From positions 119,546-183,545 of the forward strand of contig NMRA01000377.1 of the NCBI GenBank assembly GCA_002633005.1: a DNA stretch of 64,000 bases, read 5' to 3'. This document shows positions 52,601 through 64,000 of the stretch, piece by piece (the stretch's first letter is position 1; every line of letters starts with the position of its first letter). The stretch is from Phoronis australis (lineage: Eukaryota; Animalia; Phoronida). The notes under the pieces are model-generated. The model ran no database searches, was not told where the DNA came from, and worked only from the letters and a program-made list of their open reading frames with translations. The translations under genes were made by a program, and so were the position numbers.

Positions 52601-55600
52601 AAAAGATCAACGAAAAAATAACCATATTTGGTAATGAATAGGTTTACACAACCAAAGGAAATCTCTCAGTAAATACCGCGAGAAGCGAATTAATACACAC
52701 TTTTGAAATGCATGATTAAAAGCAAGACTGTCAGCAATCATGGTCCTCACCTGCCCCAGTTCAAAAGGCTCTTTATTGTCCGACTTGTATAGCACCCTTT
52801 TGCCAGTGTCACCCCTCTCTCCGTACATGTTGATGTAGACAACAGCATCTGTTTCAGAGCCAGGCTCAGAGCCTGTGTACACCTGAACTCTGTACTTGAG
52901 AACTGGAAAAAATCAATGGTATTGGAATGGCAATAAGGAAAGATGCATAAGAAGTAGCAAATGTCAAAAAAGCCCCGTCCATTTTCTTCAAGAAATTACT
53001 AATGACAACCAAGTTCAGCATGTTTGTTCAGAGAGAATGGCAGTTTTAGAAATTTAAAAGAAATAAGACAGTATTTCCTTTTTAACTAAAGGTTTGTTTT
53101 TTCAGCAAAAAACGCATGTTCGTCAGCTCAAGAAAATTAACTGTAAACAGAGCCCAGGGTCTAATCTCCATACACAAAGCTCAACTCAAAAGTTAACTTT
53201 AGTGCATGGACACTGCAAGTAAACTTAAAAAATGTACTTGAATCGAGCCACGTGTAAGTTAAGTTTTGAGTTTAAACCTGAGTCGAGTCTGAGTTTGGAC
53301 ATTGGGCTCTGCTAAAGTCCTAAATAATGCAATATGTTGTCATTTTGCACACCTTTACGAGGAGGTATCTTGGGTCGAACAGCTGGCAATTCCTTCCAAA
53401 GGTCAAGGTTATCATCTTTCCTTGACAGCCACCAGCCAGCACTAAAAGTAAGCGTCTCTCCACTGTGTACATTCTTCAACTTGACCTATGATGCAATAAT
53501 TTTAAATTCAAAACATTCCTAATTCAAATACACAGTCATTTAGCTGTTAGATATAAATCAAAAACAGACAACTAAATATAAACAACACACTGAGATCCTA
53601 AACTTTCATTTAAATAAAAAAGAATTTACAACAAAATTAATGAGCAATTGGAATTTTACTTAACCAAATTTCTCAACAAAAATAAAACTACGAAAATTTA
53701 AATTAATTCTTTTAACAAGGTTTGTCCCTCACACAATTCTTGATGAACATTAACTCAATGATTCCAGCAAGGCACAGTTAGCCTTTGAAAATAGAGAACA
53801 ACAATTTTGGCATTTTTGTATAAAGAACTGAAAAAACTAATAGTATTGAGGGCTCGAGATACTAACAAAGATCTGTATTTTACCTTTTCCAAGAACCATC
53901 GGAACGACGACAGCTCCTCAGTGTCATCAACTCCAACTCTCATCTTATAGACTTCGCCTATATCATCTGGTACGTCAAATAAAAACTGGTCAATGGCGCC
54001 AGCTTGAAACAGCTCCCCCTTGTGGTCACCTTGACTAACCAAAGGGAGGGGATCTGAGTGGCCATTAGGACCATAGAGATATATGTAGATGGTATCCTTG
54101 ACAACCATGTCTTGTTGCTTGCCAGTAGTAACCCAAACGTTCCAACTACCTATTGACAAAACCAATTAAGTTACTTATTATGTAATTAATTGATAAAAAG
54201 GCCTCCAGCCAGAATTACATATGAAATAATTTACAAACAGTGTAAAAATGTTTGAAATAAATTATTTAACATAGTCAAATTCTTTTTCTTGACTTCCGTG
54301 TTCACAATAAACCTGACTTGGAATGTCTCGTATTTGTACATTCAAGATACCTTAGGCTGTTTAGCAAGTAACAAAAATGTTTGCTTGTTCATCATGCCTT
54401 AGCGGCAATTTAAACAAGAGCAATGCCACTAAGGGGTGCCCCAGTAGTTGGATCGATCCAAAAATCATCATGACTGATGCAGTTACTAATGATCCTTTGA
54501 GCATTTTGATGGAAAAGTGGAAAAATGACCACTAAGTGACGCAGAAGAATGTCTAATCCGTCGGAAAATGGAATGGCGTTGCCCTCTACTAAATAGAAAT
54601 ATTATAAACAAAACTGCCACTAGGGGCACCACAGTAGTCACACATGTCCTAAAATCAACGTCAGCGTCGTCCTCAGCAGGAGCATATCTGACAATTTTCA
54701 TGATGATTCTTGAAATTGTTAGCGAACACCAAAAAACTAAACGTAAGTATAAAAAATAGCCATTAGGTGGTGCAAAATTCACCAAATCTGTCCAAAAACG
54801 AAAGTACGTCGTCGTGTCCTTCAATGTCAAATTCCATGAAAAAAATCAAGGAAACCTGGGGAGAGAAAAACTTGCCACTAAGAAGCAGAGTGGTCGAAAA
54901 TCGTCACCATCTTTCCTCACATTCATAGGTAGACACTTCTCAAATTTTGCAAACACCTTGCAAAGGGATGCGGATGCAAAGAATGAAATTGCTAATAAGG
55001 GGCACCACAGTAGCCAGACTTACGCAAAAATCAACATCAGCCATAATCTACTTGGCGGGAACAAAATCTGTAAATTTTCCTATGATCTTTTGAGCAATTT
55101 GGCAGAGAGAAAGGGGGGTGCCGAAAAACAAAAATAATCAAAATTCCACAAGGTAGCACACAATACGTCAAATCTGTCCCAAAATGAATATGGTAAAGCA
55201 TCTCTCTTCAATAAACACTTATTTACCAAAATCCGTCAAGGAACTCCGAAGATACAACAGAGGCAAATGTGAAAATCTAAAATTTTCACTAGGGGTACAG
55301 CAGAAATCCAATCAGTGCGAACCTCCTTGTCGTCTGCCACTGACTTCATAGGAACACATCTGCCACAGGGTTTAAGAGATACAATAGCAGAGGCCGGACA
55401 AATGGATACCCTGACAGAGATGACAGCTACCGGCACACACAAATGGCAAAATGTGAATTTTGTTAGAACGAGAACCAAAAACAACTTATATGCAGATATA
55501 CCTTTCTTCTCTTCCTCTGGATCAGAAGATGGGGCCTCCTCAGTGACATCTGGTGGCTCTTGAGCAACCAACTCTCTCTCAATCTTCCCATCATCCTCTC

Positions 55601-58600
55601 CTTCATCAAGCCACCTAGTACAAAATGGTGGCTCAAATACTATTCATTGTTTGAAAGGGAAGTATTACTGATGGAAATTCCATTACACCAAGATGCAAAT
55701 CTCTCTAAAACTAGATGGGAACAGGGTCAAACAGTTCATTGTTGAAGATCACAGACCACAAGATGAGTCTCAACTCAACTCTGATCTGTATTGTGCTGAC
55801 ATGCATCATGAACAATTGCTTCTTACATTTTTATAAAACGTACATAAAGATTAGCTATCGTACTGCACTTTAGACTTCATTTAACAAACTTTCCAAACAA
55901 AAGTGAGTAATAGCCACTTTCAGGGGTCCCGCATTTGAGAACCAGTTTTCTCCACTGAATACTGGGCATCACACTGGTTCTCAAAATCTGGGATCCTAGC
56001 AAATGAGTATTGCCGCTTGCCAGATCTACCTGTTACAAGGGAAGTAGAACTCTTTAGTGTCATTGTTCTCCTCCACTTTGATGATGATCTTATCCAGGTA
56101 CCATCCAGCACCGTGGCCGTGGCCGTTGTGACCCACCACGACCTTTGAGAGCTCACCAAGGTCGACAGCTGTTATAGCAAACTCGTCCAACTGCAAGATA
56201 AAATAAAATCCAAAATTTAATATTCTGCTCAAAGGTCAGCAAAACAACGCACAACTGCAGGCGCATATTTACGATAGCACCAATATAGGGCCAGTTACAT
56301 ATTACACCATTCAAAATTTGTCACTTTTTAGTCTGTTACCCCCACCGTTATAAGCTGTCATTACCATGTCCTCCAGCCCCTAGTTACCTCATAATATGTA
56401 AACATTATGTAAATAATATGTAAACATTCAAGCAACTGCAAAACTTTCAGGTTTTCCTCCTGCCCATGAAATGTTATATTGCACAATGTAAGCTATGATG
56501 CGGGTGAACACCAACCTGTCCGAACTCAAATATGTCGTCATTGTCCGACTGGTATAGCAACCTTTTTCCAGTATCACCCCTCTCTCCATACATGTTGATG
56601 TAGACTTCAGCATCAGTATCTGAGGCAGGTTCAGAGCCTGTGTAGACCATCACTCTGTACTTGAGAACTGAAAACAGAGAATGAAGAGCATCCAGAGTCA
56701 CACCTTACAATTATAAAAGAATAACATAAGTAGTAATTACCAAGTCAGTACATTTCTGGCTAGTATTAAGAACAGACAGTGAGTATATCAAATTAAAGAA
56801 CCCTTTTTGCAAACAGCCACATTAGAAAATGTAAAGTTATGCCTGTCAAGCTGTGGTCAACAATGTCTATATTTTAACTCTCTAACTCACCTGAAAGTGG
56901 TTTCTTGCGTGGTCGAATGACAGGAAGCTCTGCCCACAAGTCACAATCCTCCATACTCCTAGAGAGCCATCTGCTGGCGTTGAATGTTAAACGCTCTAGG
57001 GAGACCACATTTGTCATCTTTATCTAAAACATATAAAACAAGATTGAGTAAATATATTGATACACATTTCTAAAATTTATAAAACATCACAGAAAGCCCC
57101 TTTTAACATGGAAATGTTACACTTAAGAGAGCATGGCTTTTCAGCTATGACTTTGCACAAATCAGTTGAAAATTCATCTCTTGATCCTTTACACAATATT
57201 CTAAATAAAACAAGTCTTAAGTTAAGTGGTAGAATATCTAATACTCACTTTTTCTAAGAACCATTTAAAGGAAGTAGAAGGCTCCTCAACATCACTGACG
57301 CCAACCCTTATTTTATAGACTTCGCCAATGCCTTCACCAGTATTGATCACAAACTTATTCACAGCCCCAGTCTTAAACAATTCATCTTTCTGGTCCACTT
57401 GTTCAGCTAATGGTAACGCCTCTGAGTGTCCATCAGCGCCATACACATACAAGAAGATCCCCTGGTTGACGTTCATCTTTGGTTTCTTTCCAGTAGTCAC
57501 CCAAACGTTCCATGTGGTTGCAGACGCTGAAAGCAAAACAACCATAGCTAACAATTTATATCCAACAGCAGCAATTATAGCATTTAGCTAGTTTATGTAA
57601 TAATGAATATCCATCAGGCTTTTTATTCAGGAATTAGTTTTATTATGGTCAGGTGTTCAGCTCAAGACATCCGTCATGTCGATAAAACGTCAATAAGACG
57701 TGACTGATATGCATAACTAATTATGACTTTTACTCCAAACAGGCTTGCATGGAATTAATTTCAGTGCCATTGACAAGAAATTGATGATAAGGATCTTTGT
57801 ATCGCGCAAGGGGTATATTGTGGTCAGAAGACTTCAAATGCCAGTTATTCTTAAATTTTTCCACATATAACACTCCCCTCCAAACACTTGTACCAGTGCG
57901 AACACACAGAGGATGCCTGTCCCATATTCAATTCATATGAAAACCTAATGCATTGTGAAGATTGGATTTTGAAATGAAAGAGTTCTGTTTTACCAGCTAT
58001 AAATCAGGACCTTATCACCAAGTCTGTACGTTTAGCCAACTATCTAATAAACTATGAATTTTGAGTCAATAAAAGTATATATTTTCTGAAAGTAGAAAGC
58101 CTGTAGCTCTTGAGTTTTGACTTTATACCAATCTACCATTCATTGGGTCACATGACATGCCATTCATTGGGTCACATGACTTTATACCAGTCTACCATTC
58201 ATTGGGTCACATGACATGCCATTCATTGGGTCACATGACTTTACACCAATCTACCATTCATTGGGTCACATGACATGCCATTCATTGGGTCACATGACTT
58301 TATACCAATCTACCATTCATTGGGTCACATGACATGCCATTCGTTGGGTCACATGACTTTATACCAATCTACCATTCATTGGGTCACATGGCATGCCATT
58401 CATTGGGTCACATCATGGCTTTATACCAATCTACCATTCACTGGGTAACAATTGATTGGGTCACATGACATGCCATTCATTGGGTCACATGACAATGTCT
58501 TTTTTTGGTATTACAAGTTTCAATACATGACCAAAATTTCATTTGAAATACAATGCTCAAGATGAAATCTCAAAAACACTCGTCTATTATAATGCTTTTC

Positions 58601-61600
58601 TAAATTTATATCACTTCATTTTAGTTTTAGGCAACATTTGAATTTGTTATAAAATTATCATAAAAACCATATTTTTGATAGCCCCGTATGTAAAAGTGGC
58701 TCATTTAAAAATCATTATATGGCCTTTTTGAGAACAGTGCATAAAGCATAGTATCTGGAAGTTTCACATGAAACAAATCGGCCATATCTGAGATATGATG
58801 CTCCAACCTTGACCTAATTTGGACTTTTCCTAGGTTCCTACATAACCTTAGAATACAACCAGGTTCAACATCAACAAATATTTGTGAGCACTAGATTTTT
58901 CAAAACGAAAACAAAAGAAAACAAGACAAAACAAAACGAAACTTGTCAACAAAACAAACAAACATGAAAAACAGAAATTTCTCAAAAAGGAATTTACCTC
59001 CCTCAGGAATAAATAAACCATCAGGTTCTATGAGTTAAAACAGTCAAGTAATAACCTGCAATCTAAATGTAGAGCCTGTGCTGCCATCTATGTCAGAATT
59101 TCCCGCAAAAGAACAACAATTCCAGACTAAACAACAGTTTCCTCCATTAGTTACAGACAGGTCCTGATTCAATACATGACTGCTCTAAATTCAGACAATA
59201 TAATATATGTATATATAATAATGAGGTTTCAAAGCATGCAAGCAAAGAGCATGCCTACAAAAATTCATTATGGCATTTTCCCGTTGATACCAACTTGTTT
59301 GATTCATAGCCCAACAACAAGTTGGGAAGATGACCCCTGTAGCCAATATCTTGCACGACTGATGAACTCCATTCTGGCAATTATGGTTTGAGGACCAGTG
59401 TTTTTTTGTTTGATAATTGCTCTGATCTCAAATAAGATCATATCTAGCCTGACTGGGCTGTGGTGTTAAAAATAAAACTTTAGCTAAAACATATTTGAAC
59501 ATAAACCAATAGCATTTCTGAATTCCTCGTCAAATGCTGATCATGTTTAATTTTTGAATCGCCCAATTACAACCAAGGTTACGACAATCTATTCTTTCCG
59601 AACGTACCAATTTGTTTTGGGTTTGACTGTGTTCACATGTGGTCTGTAATAAGCCTGGTAGATAACTGGTCTGCCTGTTGTCATACCAGACAAAAGACTG
59701 TGCTTGGCAATTAACAAAGGATGTTTTCCCACCCTTACAACCCTTTACGTCTGGTAAAATCACTGAATGGCAGAATGCCGTAATGTTTTCAAAGAAATCA
59801 GTGACATTGAGAAGTGTAGACGATACACAAAGATGCAAATTCCATTAGCCATAGACAAAACACAGGAGGAATCTCTTTTCAGTGCCAAGAGATAGATAAG
59901 GCAAATTCATGCAGTTACCTTCCTCCTCAGGTTCTGGTGTTGGGAGTTCCTCCACAATTTCAGGTAGTTCCTGGGCAGTCAACTCTCTTTCAATCTTCCC
60001 ATCATCCTCTCCTTCATCAAACCATCTGCAAAGAAGAATTCGTATGAACATACAAACAAGTTCAAAAGCTTACACAAGACTTGCTTAACACAGGCATGCA
60101 AAAAGTGTCTATTTGAGATCTATTCGACTCAATCCCCATGTGCCTCTGTGTATACTAACTGCCAAGTGAACCCAGTTAGTTCTGTGTAACTAATTTCAGT
60201 TAATGTGCCCGCAATGTATGGATAAAAATGATTATAATTTTTGACAAAATAGTCTTTATCTTTCTTTATCACTTATTACTTTACCAGAGCCAACAAACTT
60301 GGCTTATACAACAAATTCCAGTCAGCTACACTAAGCCACCTCATTTGCAATGAAATGTCGTCCGCTCCCAACACTCAAAACAATTTATTGTGAAGACAGA
60401 TTCACCAGCTATGAATAATAAGAAAAATATGGTGGGCTCTTTTGAAAATTTGTATTGTCGCAATTATTCATTCACAAACATTCTGTAAGTTGAAAGAGGA
60501 ATTTTCTCTTTGTCAGGAGTTTGTCTACTATAACAGAAGTTTGATGGTACTTCTGGGGACCCCACGATGGCTTTTTCCTAATGGGGCTCTTTTGCAAAGC
60601 CCTGGTAGGTATCTTTGGAACAGAATCATTGAAGAGATATTAAAGGTATATTGAGCATGGTTGAAGCACATTAAAATGGCTGACTTCAAAGTAAGATGAA
60701 TTAGAATGAAGTAGCTTTGATTATCAAGCCAAAAATGATACCTATGAGCTCTATTCAGGCAATAGTTGAACCACACTATTGAAAACAATAAGTATGAACT
60801 GGTTAAAAACTAACTTCATGAAACGGGATGTTCGAAGATGCCAGTAATATTACCGAAGCATGACTCAATAACAGCTTTCTAAAAGTTGCATTTGAGTATT
60901 TCTCTAAAAATAAACCTGTACCTGTTACAAGGGAAGTAGTACTGCTTCTTTTCACCTCCTTTCTCGACGTCGATGAGAATTTTATCCAATAGCCACCCAG
61001 CCCCATGACCTTCTCCGTTATGACCCACAATGACCTTTGAGAGGTCACCAAGGTCAACTGCTTCCAGAGTAAACACATCAAGCTGTAAGGTGGCAAAAAT
61101 AGAATGCTGTCACTAGAAATTATTTCTAGCATTCATAACAGTACTAATTCTTGAAAACCTTGTCAAAATATTACATTTTTGCTTACAAAACTAATAAAAC
61201 TGGTTTCAATTTTCCATAATCGCCAGCAGCAATACTTCGGTCAGCAATTATTAGGAAAAGGATATAAGCATAATATTGCATATGGTGTACAGGGCAGAAT
61301 AAATATCCATGCAGGTCAGCTATGAAACATAGGCTATGCCTGGCTTTCACCCACATATCCAGTAAACGTAGAGACTGACACAGGGTTAATGCTGAAGCAC
61401 CTCCCCTCAAGAAAGAATGTCACTTTAGATGAATCATGGATGATGACACCACCTGTTGGCATAACGATTACGTGAACACCGAATTTGAATACAACCTAAA
61501 TACAAATGGAATTTCATTCATACCAGAACACAAGTCGAGTGCGCTCAACATTGTTTCTGAAAATCCTGGTAAGTTTTCTTTTGCAATCATTCATTATAAA

Positions 61601-62712
61601 CAGACAAGGACCCGTACCTGTCCTAATTCAAACAAGTTGTCATTGTCCGACTTGTATAGCACCCTTTTGCCAGTGTCACCCCTCGCTCCATATATGTTGA
61701 TGTAGACAACAGCATCTGTCTCAGAACCAGGCTCAGAGCCTGTATACACCTGAATTCTGTACTTTAGAACTGGAAAGAAGAAAACACTAGGGTTGTTGTT
61801 TGATTTTTTGTAGCCTTACAAGAAATAAAACTTCTTCACAAGTCAAAATGATCTGAACAGTGGGTAAAGAAATCATTAAGTTATACCTGGCAGAGGTTTC
61901 TTCCTAGGTCGGACAACAGGGAGTTCTTTCCACAGGTCAAAATTCTCATGTCGCCGTGACAACCACTGGTTCACAGGAAAATTCAGTTGCTCTGATGTGA
62001 GTACATTCTTCATTTTTACCTTCAAAAAGAAAGTGACTTGTATAAGAAAAATAATTGCAGGCGGTCTAATACATGTTGTACCAGACGTGCGCAGGCCTTG
62101 CATGTGGGCCCATTGCACTGATCACCTGGGAATATTTTTATGCTTTATGCTTTCAAGATTTACAGTAAAAAATCTTCAATAATTTGCCATAACTTCTCTG
62201 TTCAAACAGGTGTACTACACTGTGACACATTGCTACAAACAATAACCAAAAGTTGTTTGTCAACACCAGAAGCATAATACAAAAAGTCTAATTTTTCACA
62301 CATCATTTTTGTAGTTACGTAACAAAAAAATTGACACACCACCATGTTGCGTCCTAATCTGAGGAATTTTTACCTCAATTTTAATTCAGGATTCTGAGTG
62401 AATTGTGTTAAACTTTGAATGATTCACAATTTCCACCCACCTTTTCCAGGTACCAGTTAAAACTCTTCACAATCTCCTCAGAATCGTCAGTACCAATTCT
62501 TATCTTGTAGACATCTCCCAGCTTTTCGCCCACATTGACATCAAATCTGTCAGTGATGCCTTGCTGGAACAGCTCCCCCTTGTGGTGGGCTTGTTTAACC
62601 AATGGTATCGGATCTGATGAACCATTCTTGCCATATACCAATAGGAAGATAGATTGATTAACAACCATCTTCTGTTTTCTACCTGTTGTGATCCAAACGT
62701 ACCAGTCTCCAT
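31700..62712 (-). CDS. LOXHD1: Lipoxygenase homology (PLAT) domain-containing protein 1-like; 3' part, 33 exons, about 2,700 codons, about 18 PLAT domains, 5' end outside the window
   Basis: Repeated PLAT motifs (Y.V.V.TG, LYG..GD(S/T)G.R.L, F..GQ.D.F, A.DLG.L.K..IGH, W.L.K, F.C.RW....DDG...REL). Phase-consistent exons read by hand: 62441-62712, 61887-62019, 61618-61769, 60922-61082, 59919-60025, 57249-57526, 56891-57023, 56516-56667, 56030-56190, 55502-55614, 53884-54149, 53353-53485, 52751-52902, 51531-51691, 49687-49948, 49127-49213, 47916-48048, 47059-47216, 46340-46580, 45266-45489, 44601-44687, 43408-43540, 42662-42889, 41768-42427, 40701-40855, 40181-40338, 37698-39054, 37235-37481, 35709-36664, 35078-35303, 34140-34291, 32744-32958, 31700-31754 (TAA). 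The symbol denotes family resemblance, not proven orthology. Confidence 0.88.
43800..44175 (-). mobile_element. Two adjacent degenerate copies of a tRNA-derived SINE-like unit (intronic)
   Basis: CGCCACC..TGTTGGCCACATCA..TGAC...AGTCTGAAAAGATTTC at ~43810 and ~44077, each followed by a reverse B-box (GAGTCGAATC / GACTCGAATC). The first copy also has an A-box-like TGGCTATGGG. Confidence 0.5.
45716..45820. repeat. Minisatellite, 21 bp x5
   Basis: GGTCAACATGATGTTTAAATA, five perfect copies. Confidence 0.95.
50901..51250. mobile_element. Degenerate MITE (PIF/Harbinger-like ends)
   Basis: Imperfect inverted ends GGGCCTATTTCATCAAAAG ... CTTTTTCACGAAAATGGGCC. Confidence 0.45.
53151..53308. mobile_element. 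Degenerate MITE (PIF/Harbinger-like)
   Basis: Inverted ends AGCCCAGGGTCTAA / TTGGACATTGGGCT flanked by CAG/CTG, with internal inverted similarity (AACTCAAAAGTTAACTT / AAGTTAAGTTTTGAGTT). Confidence 0.55.
58119..58493. repeat. Higher-order minisatellite: 59-bp unit made of 35-bp and 24-bp subunits
   Basis: About 12-13 copies of CCATTCATTGGGTCACATGAC, separated alternately by ATG and TTTATACCAATCTA. Confidence 0.92.
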
Positions 62713-64000
62713 CTACAAAAACACAATTTTATTCAAAGCTACTACAAGCCTTGGGTCCGTTCCAAGAAAGTCAGACAGACTTAAGTTCAATTTGACTAAG
62801 TCTAAGATTTGCCTCAACCTCCAAACTTTGAAACTTCCACCAGTGGTAAGTTAGTCAAACTAAAGTAAAACTTACATCAAAAACTCAAGACAAACTTAAG
62901 ATCACTTTCTTAAAATTGACTAGAATTTAAGACTGTCTTAGCTAGGTCAATTTTCTTGGAACGGGTACCTAGCATCTCGTCAAGAAATAACTTTAGGCTT
63001 AATTAAGAAGTAGTGTCTTAATTTGTCCCTGACTGAAATTTGATGGGATTTCTGAACTTGGAAAGAACTGATGAATCGTTACTGCACGAGACTTGGCTCA
63101 ACATGGTCTTGAGCTCAGAAACAACAGATGACTTTTCTGTACTGACTAAACAACAAGTTGATGCAGTTTCATTGCTGTAACTGATCTACACCAAAAATTA
63201 GTTTCTGAGTCAAAGAGTTGGCTTACAGCAGCTTCAACTGGCCCGCAGTAAAGTGTAGATCAGCAGGCAAATCAAAATCTCTTAGATGAGAAAAATGACG
63301 ATATNCCCAGCTTTTCGCCCACATTGACATCAAATCTGTCAGTGATGCCTTGCTGGAACAGCTCCCCCTTGTGGTGGGCTTGTTTAACCAATGGTATCGG
63401 ATCTGATGAACCATTCTTGCCATATACCAATAGGAAGATAGATTGATTAACAACCATCTTCTGTTTTCTACCTGTTGTGATCCAAACGTACCAGTCTCCA
63501 TCTACAAATTAAAACACAATTTTATTCAAAGCTACTACAAGCCTCGGGCTCGTTCCAAGAAACTCAGTCAGACTTAAGTTCACTTTGACTAAGTCTAGGA
63601 TTTGCCTCAACCTCCAAACTTTGAAACTTCCACCTGTGGAAAGTTAGTCAAACTAAAGAAAAACTTACATCAAAAACTCAAGACAAACTTAAGATCACTT
63701 TCTTAAAATTGACTAGAATTTAAGACTGTCTTAGCTAGGTCAGTTTTCCTGGAACGGGTCCCTAGCATCTCGTCAAGAAATAACTTTAGGCTTAATTAGT
63801 AAGTAGTGTCTTAATCTGTCCCTGACTGAAATTTGATGGGATTTCTGAACTTGGAAAGAACTGATGAATCGTTACTGCACGAGACTTGGCTCAACATGGT
63901 CTTGAGCTCAGAAACAACAGAAGACTTTTCTGTACTGAGTAAACAACAAGTTGATGCAGTTTCATTGCTGTAACTGATCTACACCAAAAATTAGTTTCTG
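62517..64000. repeat. ~700-bp near-identical duplication (62517-63208 and 63306-64000) across the single N at 63305, including a partial second copy of a PLAT exon (63306-63501)
   Basis: The exon portion is identical and the intron portion has scattered SNPs and small indels. The second copy begins exactly after the N. Confidence 0.9.
62753..62969. mobile_element. MITE with ~17-bp TIRs (second copy at ~63546-63761)
   Basis: GGGTCCGTTCCAAGAAA ... TTTCTTGGAACGGGTACC. Confidence 0.65.

Noticed and set aside
58119-58493. CRISPR-like repeat
   Set aside because: The spacers are two fixed alternating strings, not unique sequences.
63306-63501. Duplicated PLAT exon as a mutually exclusive exon
   Set aside because: Truncated exactly at an N, identical in coding sequence and without a donor, so most likely a haplotype overlap.

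Overview
Eukaryotic genomic DNA from a draft assembly (one 372-N gap, four single-N joins). It is AT-rich and looks like an invertebrate metazoan, probably a lophotrochozoan or similar; the taxon cannot be fixed from sequence alone. Left third: a head-to-tail duplication of about 8 kb carrying two KRAB-less C2H2 zinc-finger paralogs (minus strand) with different finger arrays, plus a 5'-truncated L1/Tx1-type LINE with a 25-bp target-site duplication. Middle: a degenerate ~150-bp array with a conserved CCCATCTCGCTT core, a two-exon signal peptide + PAN/Apple + Caspr-type fibrinogen-like gene with a frameshift and premature stop, small MITE/SINE pieces, and a decayed Penelope-like element with a hammerhead-like motif. 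Right half: the 3' part of a very large LOXHD1-like multi-PLAT gene (minus strand). I traced 33 exons by hand, about 2,700 codons and about 18 PLAT domains, continuing beyond the window. It has a triplicated five-exon cassette, two GC-AG introns at the same homologous position, large acidic insertions and an in-frame acidic tail behind the stop codon. There are no prokaryotic systems or CRISPR arrays. Duplications next to single Ns are probably assembly artefacts. All family calls rest on motif recognition; no database search was run.
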